The notes: a model not told the origin generated them from the sequence alone. Shown: positions 29,368 through 39,738, counted from the stretch's first letter. The stretch: DNA of 49,912 bases from Actinomycetes bacterium (GCA_030425745.1 JAUHZW010000001.1:1-49912); one strand, 5' to 3'. Translations and numbers: made by a program.

Positions 29368-31521
29368 GTGACGGACACCACGAACACCGACTACAGCGGC
29401 ATCGATGACATGACCATGGAGATGGCAGCCGTCTCGGATCCCGTCGCACTCGAGGAGCCCCTGCCCGACGACCGCTTCCTGGACCGCGAGCTCTCGTGGC
29501 TCGCCTTCAACCAGCGGGTGCTGGAGCTGTCCGAGGACGAGGATCTCCCGGTCCTCGACCGGGCCAAGTTCCTCGCGATCTTCGCCAGCAACCTCGACGA
29601 GTTCTTCATGGTCCGCGTGGCCGGCCTCAAGCGCCGCATCGCGACCGGGATCGCCGTCCGGGCGGCCAGCGGCTACACCCCGCGCGAGGTGCTCGAGAAC
29701 ATCTGGGACAAGGCCTACGAGCTGCAGCGGCAGCAGGCCCGGCTCTTCCACGACTCCGTGCTGCCCGATCTCGAGGCCGAGGGGATCCAGCTGCTGCGCT
29801 GGGATGAGCTGACCCCGGCGGAGAAGGCCGAGATCCAGCTCTTCTTCGACTCCAAGGTCTTCCCCGTCCTGACCCCCCTAGCCGTCGACCCGTCCCATCC
29901 GTTCCCCTACATCAGCGGCCTGTCCCTGAACCTGGCCGTCGTGGTGCGGAACCCGACAACCGGCAACGAGCTCTTCGCCCGCGTGAAGGTGCCCCCGCTG
30001 CTGCCGCGCTTCGTCGAGGTCGGCCCGGCCCGGTTCGTTCCTCTCGAGGACGTCATCGCCGCGCACCTGGACGCCCTGTTCCCGGGCATGGAGATCCAGC
30101 AGACCCACACCTTCCGCGTCACCCGCAACGAGGACGTCGAGGTCGAGGAGGACGACGCCGAGAACCTCCTGCTGGCCCTCGAGCGAGAGCTCATGCGGCG
30201 CCGATTCGGACCGCCGGTGCGGCTTGAGGTCGAGGAGTCGATCGATCCGCATGTGCTCGAACTGCTGATCGACGAGCTGGGCGTGTCTGATCCCGAGGTC
30301 TTCCGGCTCCCCGGGCCGCTGGACCTCACCGGCCTGTGGACCATCGTCGGCCTGGACCGCGACGACCTCAAGCAGCGCAAGTTCGTGCCCAAGACCTCCC
30401 GGCAGCTCAGCGAGGTGGAAAGCGCGAACGAACCGGACATCATGAGCGTGGTGCGCGAGCGCGATGTTCTCGTCCATCACCCCTACGACTCCTTCTCGAC
30501 CAGCGTCCAGCTCTTCCTCGAGCAGGCAGCCCGCGATCCGCACGTGCTGGCCATCAAGCAGACGCTCTACCGCACGTCCGGTGACTCCCCCATCGTCGAT
30601 GCGCTCATCAAGGCCGCGCAGGCGGGCAAGCAGGTGCTCGCCCTGGTCGAGATCAAGGCCCGGTTCGACGAGCAGAACAACATCGAGTGGGCGCGCAAAC
30701 TGGAGGAGGCCGGCGTCCACGTGGTCTACGGCCTCGTCGGGCTCAAGACCCACGCCAAGCTCTCCATGGTCGTGCGCAACGACGGCGACCAACTCCGCCG
30801 CTACTGCCATGTGGGCACCGGCAACTACCACCCCAAGACCGCGCGACTGTACGAGGATCTCGGGCTGCTGACCTGCGACCCCGTCGTCGGCGAGGACGTC
30901 TCCAACATGTTCAACGTCCTCTCGGGCTACTCCATGAACACCGACTACCGGCGCTTCCTGGTGGCTCCCCACTCCGTGCGCACCGGACTCGTCGAGCGCA
31001 TCGACCGCGAGATCACCAACCATCTGGCCGGACTGCCCTCGGGTATCCGGTTCAAGTGCAACTCGATCGTCGATGAGGGCACGATCGACGCCCTCTACCG
31101 GGCGAGTCAGGCAGGTGTCCCGATCGACATCTGGGTCCGCGGCATCTGCGCGGTGCGGCCGGGCGTGCCGGGCCTGAGCGAGAACATCCGCGTGGTCAGC
31201 ATCCTCGGCCGCTTCCTCGAGCACTCACGGGTGTTCACCTTCGAGAACGGCGGCAATCGAGAGGCCTGGATCGGCTCTGCGGACCTGATGCACCGCAACC
31301 TCGACCGCCGCGTCGAGACGCTGGTCAGCCTCGTCGACCCCGAACAGATCGCCGATCTGGAGGCGCTGTTCGACATGGCCTTCGATCCCGAGACCTCAGC
31401 ATGGGACCTCCAGCCGGACGGCACGTGGATCCGCCGCCTGTACGACGCCGACGGCAACCACCTGCGCGATTACCAGGAGACGTTGATCGACATCAAGCGC
31501 AAGCGGGGCTTCGCCCCGTGA
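29368..31521 (+). CDS. ppk: Polyphosphate kinase 1
   Basis: 717 aa. [15 protein letters not shown] at the N-terminus, an autophosphorylation-region His ([10 protein letters not shown]), and two PLD-like C-terminal domains. Confidence 0.95.
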   Translation: MTDTTNTDYSGIDDMTMEMAAVSDPVALEEPLPDDRFLDRELSWLAFNQRVLELSEDEDLPVLDRAKFLAIFASNLDEFFMVRVAGLKRRIATGIAVRAASGYTPREVLENIWDKAYELQRQQARLFHDSVLPDLEAEGIQLLRWDELTPAEKAEIQLFFDSKVFPVLTPLAVDPSHPFPYISGLSLNLAVVVRNPTTGNELFARVKVPPLLPRFVEVGPARFVPLEDVIAAHLDALFPGMEIQQTHTFRVTRNEDVEVEEDDAENLLLALERELMRRRFGPPVRLEVEESIDPHVLELLIDELGVSDPEVFRLPGPLDLTGLWTIVGLDRDDLKQRKFVPKTSRQLSEVESANEPDIMSVVRERDVLVHHPYDSFSTSVQLFLEQAARDPHVLAIKQTLYRTSGDSPIVDALIKAAQAGKQVLALVEIKARFDEQNNIEWARKLEEAGVHVVYGLVGLKTHAKLSMVVRNDGDQLRRYCHVGTGNYHPKTARLYEDLGLLTCDPVVGEDVSNMFNVLSGYSMNTDYRRFLVAPHSVRTGLVERIDREITNHLAGLPSGIRFKCNSIVDEGTIDALYRASQAGVPIDIWVRGICAVRPGVPGLSENIRVVSILGRFLEHSRVFTFENGGNREAWIGSADLMHRNLDRRVETLVSLVDPEQIADLEALFDMAFDPETSAWDLQPDGTWIRRLYDADGNHLRDYQETLIDIKRKRGFAP

Positions 31522-33050
31522 CCGGTGCCACCACCCACCGCGAGGTGGAGCGCAAGTTCCGGGTGCACGGGCTCTTCGAGATGCCCGACCTCGCCGGCGT
31601 CGCGCCGCGCGTTGAGACCTCGCCTCCCTTCGAGATGGCCGCCGTCTATCACGACACCGCAGAGCTCTCCCTGTTCCGCTGGGGCATCACGCTGCGGCGA
31701 CGCGAGGGGGGTGGTGATCAGGGCTGGCACATGAAGCTGCCCGTGGCCGGTGCCGATGGCACCACCCGCGATGAGATGCACGTCCCCCTGGAGGCCGGGG
31801 AGATCGGCTCGGTGCCCGGCGCCCTTGTCCAGGTCGTCGCACCCCTCATCCACGAGCTGCCACTCGAGCCCGTCATCGTCCTGCGGACCGAGCGCACGCC
31901 CACGGTGCTCTCCGGTGAAGACGGCACACCACTCGTCGAGGTCGTCGATGACCTCGTGACGGTGTCGCACGAGGGCCGCATCGTCAGCGTCTTCCGCGAG
32001 GTGGAGGTAGAGACCCTCGTGCCCGATGACGCGAGCGCGCAGGAGATCACCGCGCACGTCTCGGACCTGCTGCTGTCCCACGGTGCAGAGCCCAGTTCGG
32101 TCAGCAAGGCCGCCAGTGCCCTCGGTCCCCGCACCGCCGAGCCCCCGGACGTTCCGGAGGTGCCCTTCCCCGATCCGACCGGTCTGGCCGTCGACGCGAT
32201 TCGGGCGTCCTTCTCCCAGCACGTCCGTGCCCTGATCATGGCCGACATCGGTGTGCGCCGGGACCTGCCTGACTCGGTGCACCAGATGCGCGTCTCGGCC
32301 CGCCGGCTGCGCAGTTCCCTGTCGACCTTCGCCCCCCTGCTCGAGGTGCAGGAGGCCAACCACCTGAAGGACGAGCTGCGGTGGATCGCGAACGAACTCG
32401 GGGCCATCCGCGACACCGAGGTGATGGTCGAGCGGCTCGACGAGCACGCCGGACACCTTGCCCATCCCGACGACACTGCCCGCTGCCGTGCGGTGATCGA
32501 CCCCTTCCTCGAGGCCCGCATCACCGCGGCCCGCTCGAGCGCCCTCGCGGCTCTGCGCAGTGACCGGCATCAGCAGCTGATCGACGATCTGATGATCGCT
32601 GCGGTGCGTCCCCCCGTCACGGATGCCGCCTATGCGTCCTGCGAGGAGGCTCTCCTCCCGCTCGTCGCGAAGTCATGGCGTCGACTCGAGCGCGCCGTCG
32701 CCGCGCTGTCGATGCAGGGGGCCAGCGAGCCCTGGCACGAGGCACGCATCAGGGCGAAGCGCGCCCGTTACGCCGCGGAGTCGGTGTCCGAGGTCTTCGG
32801 CAAGAAGATGCGGCAGCTCGCCAAGAGCCTCGCCGAGGTCACCGAGATGCTCGGCGACCATCAGGACGCCTACGTGGCGCAGGAGGTCATCCGCGAGGTG
32901 GCGGCCACACCGGCGGCGGATGGTCTGGCCGGGCTCTCCCTCGGCCTGCTGCACGAGTATGAGACCGCGGTGGAGATGCGCGACCGTCGACGCTTCCGCA
33001 AGCTGTGGGACGGAGCGCGGGAGCGGGCTCGGGCTGCAGGGGTGGCCTGA
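31518..33050 (+). CDS. CYTH and CHAD domain protein (polyphosphate-associated)
   Basis: The GTG at 31518 overlaps the ppk stop (GTGA). CYTH ExExK signature (HREVERKF). The helical CHAD half carries conserved His/Arg ([24 protein letters not shown]). Confidence 0.85.
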   Translation: MTGATTHREVERKFRVHGLFEMPDLAGVAPRVETSPPFEMAAVYHDTAELSLFRWGITLRRREGGGDQGWHMKLPVAGADGTTRDEMHVPLEAGEIGSVPGALVQVVAPLIHELPLEPVIVLRTERTPTVLSGEDGTPLVEVVDDLVTVSHEGRIVSVFREVEVETLVPDDASAQEITAHVSDLLLSHGAEPSSVSKAASALGPRTAEPPDVPEVPFPDPTGLAVDAIRASFSQHVRALIMADIGVRRDLPDSVHQMRVSARRLRSSLSTFAPLLEVQEANHLKDELRWIANELGAIRDTEVMVERLDEHAGHLAHPDDTARCRAVIDPFLEARITAARSSALAALRSDRHQQLIDDLMIAAVRPPVTDAAYASCEEALLPLVAKSWRRLERAVAALSMQGASEPWHEARIRAKRARYAAESVSEVFGKKMRQLAKSLAEVTEMLGDHQDAYVAQEVIREVAATPAADGLAGLSLGLLHEYETAVEMRDRRRFRKLWDGARERARAAGVA

Positions 33051-33066
33051 GGTGGCGTCGTCGAGC

Positions 33067-33981
33067 ATGATCCGCGCCGCCGGTGTGGTGCTGCTGCGCG
33101 ACACGGACGAGGGGCAGGAGTTCGTCCTCGTGCATCGGCCCGGGCGACAGGACTGGTCGCTGCCCAAGGGCAAACTGGATGCGGGCGAGCACGTGCTGTC
33201 TGCGGCACTGCGTGAGTGCGACGAGGAGACCGGCTACTGGCCGTTGCTGCAGGCACCGCTGCCCCTGCAGTCGTACAGCGTGGACGGGCGCCCGAAGGTC
33301 GTGCACTACTGGAAGGCGAGGGTCCGCGAGGAGAACGGTTTCGCCCCGGATGATGAAGTCGACGAGGTGCTGTGGCTGCCCGTGACCGAGGCTCCGCATC
33401 GGCTGACGTATCCGTCGGAGGTGGACCTCGTCGCACGGGCCGCCCTGCTGCCCGACACCTCGCCGTTGATCCTGCTGAGACACACCAAGGCGCTCAAGCG
33501 CTCTGACTTCGACGGCAAGGTCGATGCGGAACGTCCGCTGAGCGGGCAGGGGCGATCGCAGTCGAAGGCCCTGGTGCCGATCCTGGACGCCTTCGGGGTG
33601 ACGGAGGTGCGGTCGAGCCCGTCCCGACGGTGCCACGACACCGTCGCCCGATTCGCGAAGAGCATCGACGCGACGGTGGCGACCGAGACCGTGCTGACCG
33701 AGGAGGCGCACCGCGAGGACCCGGCGGCGGCGGATGCCCGGATCGCGGAACTGACCCAGCAGGCGGCTGCGACCGTGGTGTGCTCGCACCGACCGGTGCT
33801 GGCGACGGTCATCGGGGCGGCTGCGCGTGCCCTCGGGGTCGACCCGGCGGAGGAGCGGTGGCGCGACGTGCTCGACCCGCGCCTGTCTCCCGGTGGGTTC
33901 ATCGTGTTCCATCGCGACGTGGCGCCGGATGGGAGCCTGCGGGCCGTCGAGATCGAACGCCACGTCATCCCCAAACCCTGA
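33067..33981 (+). CDS. mutT1: Nudix hydrolase fused to a histidine-phosphatase (SixA-like) domain, MutT1-like
   Basis: Nudix box GKLDAGEHVLSAALRECDEETG followed by LLRHTKA (RH phosphatase motif). An alternative GTG start lies at 33052. Same position as mutT1 next to ppk1 in mycobacteria. Confidence 0.8.
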   Translation: MIRAAGVVLLRDTDEGQEFVLVHRPGRQDWSLPKGKLDAGEHVLSAALRECDEETGYWPLLQAPLPLQSYSVDGRPKVVHYWKARVREENGFAPDDEVDEVLWLPVTEAPHRLTYPSEVDLVARAALLPDTSPLILLRHTKALKRSDFDGKVDAERPLSGQGRSQSKALVPILDAFGVTEVRSSPSRRCHDTVARFAKSIDATVATETVLTEEAHREDPAAADARIAELTQQAAATVVCSHRPVLATVIGAAARALGVDPAEERWRDVLDPRLSPGGFIVFHRDVAPDGSLRAVEIERHVIPKP

Positions 33982-33984
33982 CCG

Positions 33985-34087
33985 CGAACGGCTACGCGGC
34001 GCACGAACGGCTACGCGGCGCACGAACGGCTACGCGGCGCACGAACGGCTACGCGGCGCACGAACGGCTACGCGGCGCACGAACGGC
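33985..34087. repeat. 19-bp tandem repeat array A (5.4 copies of CGAACGGCTACGCGGCGCA)
   Basis: Five perfect copies lie at 33985-34079, with a partial sixth copy. The array begins 3 nt after the mutT1-like stop codon. Confidence 0.95.
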
Positions 34088-34114
34088 CTGTGGACAGCGA
34101 TGCGCCGTCCACAG
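34088..34114 (+). terminator. Candidate stem-loop following array A
   Basis: CTGTGGAC-N11-GTCCACAG, a perfect 8-bp stem with no U-tract. It could terminate the ppk-CHAD-mutT1 operon. Confidence 0.3.
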
Positions 34115-34164
34115 GCCAGCGATTGCCTCTGGTCAAGGCGCACTCTCGGCCCTGTTATGACGGG

Positions 34165-35025
34165 ATGGAAATTCTTCATTCACATCGCGATGGAACAGCC
34201 GTCGGCCGCATCCCCGTGGGCGCAGAGGGCTGGACTACACCTGCTCGCGGGATTCGAGTGTCCGGCGAACGTGCGCTCACTCACGCGCTGACCACGCGCG
34301 CGCTGATAGAAGCGGCGGGGCGCCCCGCTTTCGCGTGCGATCTGACCGCAGCGCATCTCTGGTCCATGGTGGTGCCCAGTGGCTTCGGCCTGGAGGTCGA
34401 TGCTCAGGCGTGCGCAGTTGCCACCGTCCGCAATGGCAACCGACTGCAGTCTCGGGGCACGCGCGGACGCCGACTGGAACTCCCTGACGATCACGTCACC
34501 CTCCTAGATGGAATCCCCATCACCACGCCGGCCCGCACGTGGGTCGATTGTGCAGCTCTCGTCAGATGGGCCGACGTTGTCGCCATGGGTGATGCCCTCT
34601 GCCGTGCGGGACTCGCCAGTGCCCAGGATCTGGCAGCGATGACGGTCTGGGCCAAGGGCCGACGGGGCGTGCGGCTTGCCCGCAAAGCCCTTGAGATCCT
34701 TGACTCACGTGCTGAGTCCCCGGCGGAATCGTGGGTCCGCGCCTTCCTGCACATAGCTGGCATCGCGATGCCCGAGTGCAATCCCACTGTCACGATCGGA
34801 GGGAATCGGTTCCGCTTGGACATGGCCTGGCTCCGCGAGCGTGTGGCGCTCGAGTACGACGGAGTCGACTTCCACGGACCCGACCGCCACGCCTACGACC
34901 AGTGGCGGCGCAGGCTCCTGCGCGATGCTGGCTGGGTCATCATCGTGGTCACGAAGGAAGACTTATCGGACTTTGGAAGGGTCGTAGAAAAGCTCGATTG
35001 GCTGTTGCGCGAGCGTGCGGCATAG
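34165..35025 (+). CDS. DUF559 / Vsr-like PD-(D/E)xK endonuclease-fold protein with an AbiEi-like N-terminal region
   Basis: About 286 aa from the ATG at 34165. The central motif GIPITTPARTWVDCA and the C-terminus ESPAESWVRAFL...RFRLDMAWLRERVALEYDGVDFHG...RRRLLRDAGWVIIVVTKEDL match the common actinobacterial DUF559 pattern. It has visibly more A/T-ending codons than its neighbours. Confidence 0.7.
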   Translation: MEILHSHRDGTAVGRIPVGAEGWTTPARGIRVSGERALTHALTTRALIEAAGRPAFACDLTAAHLWSMVVPSGFGLEVDAQACAVATVRNGNRLQSRGTRGRRLELPDDHVTLLDGIPITTPARTWVDCAALVRWADVVAMGDALCRAGLASAQDLAAMTVWAKGRRGVRLARKALEILDSRAESPAESWVRAFLHIAGIAMPECNPTVTIGGNRFRLDMAWLRERVALEYDGVDFHGPDRHAYDQWRRRLLRDAGWVIIVVTKEDLSDFGRVVEKLDWLLRERAA

Positions 35026-35119
35026 CGCGCCCCGCAGCCACTCGCGCGCCCCGCAGCCACTCGCGCGCCCCGCAGCCACTCGCGCGCCCCGCAGCCACTC
35101 GCGCGCCCCGCAGCCACTC
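35025..35119. repeat. 19-bp tandem repeat array B (5 copies of GCGCGCCCCGCAGCCACTC)
   Basis: Five perfect copies begin inside the TAG stop of the DUF559 gene and end 25 nt before the glgC stop. The reverse complement (GAGTGGCTGCGGGGCGCGC) matches the array A unit at 14/19 positions. Confidence 0.95.
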
Positions 35120-35126
35120 GGCGAGA

Positions 35127-35155
35127 GGGTGAGGGGACGGGGGGTCAGGGTTGGG
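35127..35155 (+). other. G-quadruplex-type motif (five G-runs of 3 or more)
   Basis: GGGTGAGGGGACGGGGGGTCAGGGTTGGG on the plus strand, spanning the glgC stop codon. Confidence 0.4.
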
Positions 35156-36377
35156 CGGTGACGCCCTTGCCCAGGCAGACCACGCCGCCGTCGCTCACCG
35201 TGTACAGCTCCCGGTCGCGATCCAGATCCACGCCGATCTGCGCACCGTCCGGGACCTCCACGTTCTTGTCCAGGATCGCGTGCCGCACCACCGCATTGCG
35301 GCCGATCTTCACGCCCGGCATGATCACGCTGCCCTCGACGTACGCGCCCGCATCGACGAACACGTTGCTCGCCAGCACCGATGTGCGCACGTGCGCCCCC
35401 GACACGATCGTGCCGGCGCCCACCATCGACTCGTGGGCGTTGCCGCCCTCGACGAACTTCGCCGGCGGGAGCGGCGGCAGGTTCGACAGGATCGGCCAGC
35501 GCCGGTTGTAGAGATTGAAGATCGGGTGCACTGACACCAGGTCCATGTGCGCATCGTGGTAGCTGTCGAGGGTACCGACGTCACGCCAGTAGCCGGCGTC
35601 GCGCTCGGTCGCACCGGGGACGACGTTCGCCGCGAAGTCGTACACCTCGGCGACGCCCTGCTCGGTCAGCATCGGGATGATGTTGCCGCCCATGTCATGC
35701 ACCGACGCGGGGTCGGCCGCATCCGCCATGAGTGCCTCGAGCAGCACGTCCGTGCTGAACACGTAGTTGCCCATGGACACATAGCAGTGCTCGTCGTCAC
35801 CGGGAATGGTCGGCGGATCCGCCGGCTTCTCCAGGAACTGGGAGATCTTCCGGCCATCCGGCGCGGCCTGGATCACGCCGAACTGATGCGAGATCGACTT
35901 CGGCATCCGGATGCCCGCCACCGTGACTCCGGCACCGCTGTCGATGTGCGCCTGGATCATCTGCATCGGATCCATGCGGTACACGTGGTCGGCGCCGAAG
36001 ACGACGACGTAGTCCGGCTGCTCGTCGTACACGAGGTTCAGGCTCTGGAAGATCGCATCGGCACTGCCCGTGTACCAGCGCGGCCCGAGGCGCTGCTGAG
36101 CCGGAACCGGGGTCACGTAGTCACCGAGCAGGGTCGGCATCCGCCACGTCTGCGTGATGTGACGGTCCAGACTGTGCGACTTGTACTGGGTCAGCACACA
36201 GACGCGCCGCAGGCCCGCGTTGATGAGGTTCGACAGGACGAAGTCGACAAGGCGGTAGGAGCCGCCGAAGGGGACGGCAGGCTTGGCCCGATCCGCCGTC
36301 AGCGGCATGAGCCGCTTGCCTTCACCCCCGGCAAGGACCATCGACAGCACGTGCGGATCGCTGCTCACACTGCGCAC
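35145..36377 (-). CDS. glgC: Glucose-1-phosphate adenylyltransferase
   Basis: [26 protein letters not shown]-terminal motif and a C-terminal left-handed beta-helix region. 410 aa. Confidence 0.95.
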   Translation of the reverse strand: MRSVSSDPHVLSMVLAGGEGKRLMPLTADRAKPAVPFGGSYRLVDFVLSNLINAGLRRVCVLTQYKSHSLDRHITQTWRMPTLLGDYVTPVPAQQRLGPRWYTGSADAIFQSLNLVYDEQPDYVVVFGADHVYRMDPMQMIQAHIDSGAGVTVAGIRMPKSISHQFGVIQAAPDGRKISQFLEKPADPPTIPGDDEHCYVSMGNYVFSTDVLLEALMADAADPASVHDMGGNIIPMLTEQGVAEVYDFAANVVPGATERDAGYWRDVGTLDSYHDAHMDLVSVHPIFNLYNRRWPILSNLPPLPPAKFVEGGNAHESMVGAGTIVSGAHVRTSVLASNVFVDAGAYVEGSVIMPGVKIGRNAVVRHAILDKNVEVPDGAQIGVDLDRDRELYTVSDGGVVCLGKGVTAQP

Positions 36378-36433
36378 CCTAGCCGCCCCACCGTGCGCAC
36401 GTAGGGCCTTGAGGTGAACGCTAGGCTCCGTTT

Positions 36434-37591
36434 GTGCGCGTGGGGATGCTGACCAAGGAATGGCCGCCGGACATCTACGGCGGTGCGGGCGTTCATGTCG
36501 AGCACCTCGTCGCTGAACTCCGCCGGAAGATCGAGGTGGACGTCCACTGCTTCGGCGCCCCCCGCACCGACGCTGACGCCCACCCGGTGCCCCCGTCCCT
36601 CACCGACGCCAACCCCGCGATCCAGACCCTCGGCGTCGACCTCGAGATGGTCGCCGCCACCAGCGGAGTCGACCTCCTGCACTCCCACACCTGGTACGCG
36701 AACCTCGCCGGGCACATCGGCGCCCTCCTCCACGGCGTTCCCCACGTCCTGACCGCGCACTCCCTGGAGCCCCTGCGCCCATGGAAGGAGGAGCAGCTCG
36801 GCGGCGGCTACCGCGTCTCCTCGTGGGTCGAGCGAACCGCCTACGAGGGTGCCGCCCGCATCATCGCCGTGAGCCACGGCATGCGCGCTGATGTGCTCTC
36901 CGCCTACCCGGACGTCGACCCGGACAAGGTCGACGTCGTGCACAACGGCATCGACACCACGGTCTACCGACCCGACCCGGACACCTCGGCCATCGAGGAG
37001 TTCGGCATCCGCCGCCCGTACGCCCTCTTCGTCGGCCGCATCACCCGGCAGAAGGGCATCGTGCATCTCATCAACGCCGCCCGCCGCTTCGACGACGACG
37101 TCCAGCTGGTCCTGTGCGCCTCATCACCGGACACCCCGGAGATCGGCGAGGAGACGGCCGCAGCGGTCGCCCGCCTGCGCGAGGAGCGGGGCGACGACAG
37201 CGTGGTGTGGATCGAGGAGCAGGTGGACCGCACCCGGCTCATCCAGCTCTTCACCCACGCTCTCGTGTTCGCCTGCCCATCGATCTACGAGCCGCTCGGC
37301 ATCGTCAACCTCGAGGCCATGGCATGCGAGACGGCCGTGGTGGCCTCCGCTGTCGGCGGCATCCCCGAGGTCGTGGTCGACGGTGAGACCGGCGTGCTCG
37401 TGCCGTATGACGCCGACGAGCCGCGGGCTTTCGAGCATGCCTTCGCCGACGCCGTGAACTCCGTCGCGGCCGATCCCGAGCGGGCCCGGCTCATGGGTGC
37501 CGCCGGCCGCCTGCGCGCGGTCAGCGAGTTCGGATGGGATGCCATCGCGAACCAGACGATCGCGGTGTACGACGCCGCGCTCCGTACGTGA
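36434..37591 (+). CDS. glgA: GT4 glycogen synthase, Corynebacterium/actinobacterial family (GlgA/GlgM, ADP-glucose dependent)
   Basis: [25 protein letters not shown] and [29 protein letters not shown]. Divergent from glgC, as in mycobacteria. Confidence 0.85.
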   Translation: MRVGMLTKEWPPDIYGGAGVHVEHLVAELRRKIEVDVHCFGAPRTDADAHPVPPSLTDANPAIQTLGVDLEMVAATSGVDLLHSHTWYANLAGHIGALLHGVPHVLTAHSLEPLRPWKEEQLGGGYRVSSWVERTAYEGAARIIAVSHGMRADVLSAYPDVDPDKVDVVHNGIDTTVYRPDPDTSAIEEFGIRRPYALFVGRITRQKGIVHLINAARRFDDDVQLVLCASSPDTPEIGEETAAAVARLREERGDDSVVWIEEQVDRTRLIQLFTHALVFACPSIYEPLGIVNLEAMACETAVVASAVGGIPEVVVDGETGVLVPYDADEPRAFEHAFADAVNSVAADPERARLMGAAGRLRAVSEFGWDAIANQTIAVYDAALRT

Positions 37592-38550
37592 GCGATCTCG
37601 CTGAGCCGATCCCCGGAGTAGCGCCCGGACGCACCACCCGCCCTCTGCTCGGCTACTCGCTCTACCTGCTGGCGGCGACCCTCTTCGCGATCAACGGCAC
37701 GGTCTCCAAGGCCATCCTGCTCACCGGCATCGACTCCACGTACCTGTCTCAACTGCGCGTCACCCTCGCCTTCGGAATCCTCTTCGTCTTCGTCGCCGTG
37801 ACGCGACCGCGCGCGCTGCGGATCCGCAAGGACGAGGTCTGGATCCTCCTCGCCTACGGCGTCCTCGGCGTGGCCATGACGCAGTACCTGTACTTCCTGG
37901 CCCTGGAGACTCTCCCTGTCGGCATCGCCCTGCTGATCGAGTTCACCGCGCCGATCATGGTGGCCCTGTGGTTCCACTTCGGCCTGCGCCATCAGACACC
38001 ACGCATCGTGTGGCTGGGCCTGGTCATCGCATTGGTCGGTCTGGCGATGGTGGCCGAGATCTGGAAGGGCTTCACGCTCGATCCGCTCGGCGTCGCTGCC
38101 GCCTTCGGCGCAGCGGCCGCCCTCGCGATCTACTTCCTCACCGGCGACGCGCAGGTGCAGCGACCCGAACCACGCGATGCCGTGTCCATGACGATGTGGG
38201 GCTTCGGCGCCGCCACGCTGTTCTGGGTCATCGTCAAACCGTGGTGGACGTTCCCCTGGGACGAGCTGACCGGCAGCGGCCAGCCCCTCGGGGTGGACGG
38301 CCCGGATGTCCCGATCTGGTGGCTCGTCGCCTCCATGGTCATCCTCGGAACCGTCGCGCCGTTCTGGCTGATCGTGATGTCACTGCACCACATCCGTGCG
38401 TCGCAGGCCTCGGTCTTCGGCATGACCGAGCCGCTCATCGCGGCCCTCATCGCATGGCTGGCCCTCGGTGAGGTTCTCTCACCCGTTCAGGTGGTCGGTG
38501 CGTTGGTCGTCCTCACCGGCGTCTACCTCGCCGAGCGCTACCGCACCTGA
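37588..38550 (+). CDS. EamA/DMT-family transporter
   Basis: The GTG at 37588 forms a GTGA overlap with the glgA stop. Ten hydrophobic helices in two EamA repeats. Confidence 0.7.
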   Translation: MSDLAEPIPGVAPGRTTRPLLGYSLYLLAATLFAINGTVSKAILLTGIDSTYLSQLRVTLAFGILFVFVAVTRPRALRIRKDEVWILLAYGVLGVAMTQYLYFLALETLPVGIALLIEFTAPIMVALWFHFGLRHQTPRIVWLGLVIALVGLAMVAEIWKGFTLDPLGVAAAFGAAAALAIYFLTGDAQVQRPEPRDAVSMTMWGFGAATLFWVIVKPWWTFPWDELTGSGQPLGVDGPDVPIWWLVASMVILGTVAPFWLIVMSLHHIRASQASVFGMTEPLIAALIAWLALGEVLSPVQVVGALVVLTGVYLAERYRT

Positions 38551-39690
38551 GCGCATCACGGCCGCCACCACCTCCGGGTCGTGCTCACCCAGCGCAGGCA
38601 CGGCCCCATCACCTGCGACACGGCCGTCCACCTGCAACGCCGACGCCAGGACCTCGACCGGACCTGTCGGCGTCTGGCTCTGGATGAACCGGCCCCGCGC
38701 GCGCAGTTGCTCGTGGTTCCACACTCCGTCGAGGTCGTTCACCGATGCATGCGCGATGCGATGGACGACGAGCCGCTGACGCACGTCATCCGCATCCAAC
38801 TGGGCGAGATCCGCGACGATCGCGGCCTCGAGTTCGACCACATGCTCCGTGCGCTGGGGATTGCTGGTGAACCGCGCATCTGCGACGAGCTCGGGATCAC
38901 CCAGAACGTCACGCGCCAGCACGACCCAGTCGGCATCGGTCTGCACGGCGATGAGCACCGAGGATCCGTCTGACAGGGGGAAGGTGCCGTACGGCGCGAT
39001 CAGATGGTGTCGACGTCCGGTGCGCGGAGCCTGACCTCCGCCGTACACGGCGCCGTACAGCGGGGCGGACATCCATTCCGTGAGGCTGTCGAGCATCGAC
39101 ACCTCGACCACACCACCGATGCCCATCCGCTCACGTCGCACCAACGCCGCGAGGATCCCCGACAGGGCGTACATGCCCGCGGCGATGTCGGCCGCGGAGA
39201 AGCCCACCTTGCTCATCTCCTCGTTGCCCGTGACCGAGAAGGCACCCGCCTCGGCCTGCACAGCGAGGTCGTAGGCCTTGTCATCGGAGCGCGGGCCATC
39301 GGGCCCGTACCCCGAGATGGCGCACGCGACGAGAGACGGGTGCCGCTCGACGAGGGCCTCGGGCTCCAGACCGGCACGCCGCGCCGCATCCGGGGCGAGG
39401 TTGTGCAGGAAGACATCGGCCCCGGCGATCAGCGCATCGAGCCGGCCGCGCTCGGTCTTGAGATCCAGCACCACGGACTGCTTGCCGCGATTGGTCCACA
39501 CGAAGTTCACCGACTGCCCGGACATCGCAGCGTCGTAGTGTCGAGCGAGGTCGCCGCGCGGCGGCTCCACCTTGATGACGACGGCCCCGAGATCCGCCAA
39601 CTGCCGTGCTGCGAACGGCGCGGCGACGGCCTGCTCGACCGACACGACGACGATCCCCTCGAGCGGCAGTTCGCGGGTCGTCGATGTCAC
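38479..39690 (-). CDS. Family III CoA-transferase (CaiB/BaiF/Frc-like)
   Basis: PLEGIVVVSVEQAVAAPFAARQLADLGAVVIKVEPP N-terminus and PALGEHD near the C-terminus. 403 aa. Confidence 0.85.
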   Translation of the reverse strand: MTSTTRELPLEGIVVVSVEQAVAAPFAARQLADLGAVVIKVEPPRGDLARHYDAAMSGQSVNFVWTNRGKQSVVLDLKTERGRLDALIAGADVFLHNLAPDAARRAGLEPEALVERHPSLVACAISGYGPDGPRSDDKAYDLAVQAEAGAFSVTGNEEMSKVGFSAADIAAGMYALSGILAALVRRERMGIGGVVEVSMLDSLTEWMSAPLYGAVYGGGQAPRTGRRHHLIAPYGTFPLSDGSSVLIAVQTDADWVVLARDVLGDPELVADARFTSNPQRTEHVVELEAAIVADLAQLDADDVRQRLVVHRIAHASVNDLDGVWNHEQLRARGRFIQSQTPTGPVEVLASALQVDGRVAGDGAVPALGEHDPEVVAAVMRSGAVALGEVDAGEDDQRTDHLNG

Positions 39691-39738
39691 ATCACCAGTG
39701 TGTCAGGGACGCCGCCGGGTGATTGCTAATCTCCGTCC

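Larger units (their letters stand above)
33985..35119 (+). mobile_element. Candidate inserted cassette: array A, DUF559 gene, inverted array B
   Basis: Two 19-bp-period arrays (14/19 identical in inverted orientation, 5 copies each) abut both ends of a gene with atypical codon usage, between convergent core genes. No recombinase gene is present, so mobility is only an inference. Confidence 0.3.

Noticed and set aside
33630-34291. Track ORFs translating through the 19-bp arrays (33630-34160, 33827-34291, 34893-35117, 34731-35132), which give periodic peptides such as RTNGYAAHERLRGARTATR
   Set aside because: The 19-bp period is not a multiple of three, so any frame cycles through all three readings. 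The ORFs exist on both strands and in several frames, which is characteristic of non-coding tandem DNA.
33985-35119. The two repeat arrays considered as a CRISPR locus
   Set aside because: The units are directly tandem, with no spacers. The 19-bp unit is shorter than CRISPR repeats, and no cas genes are present in the window.
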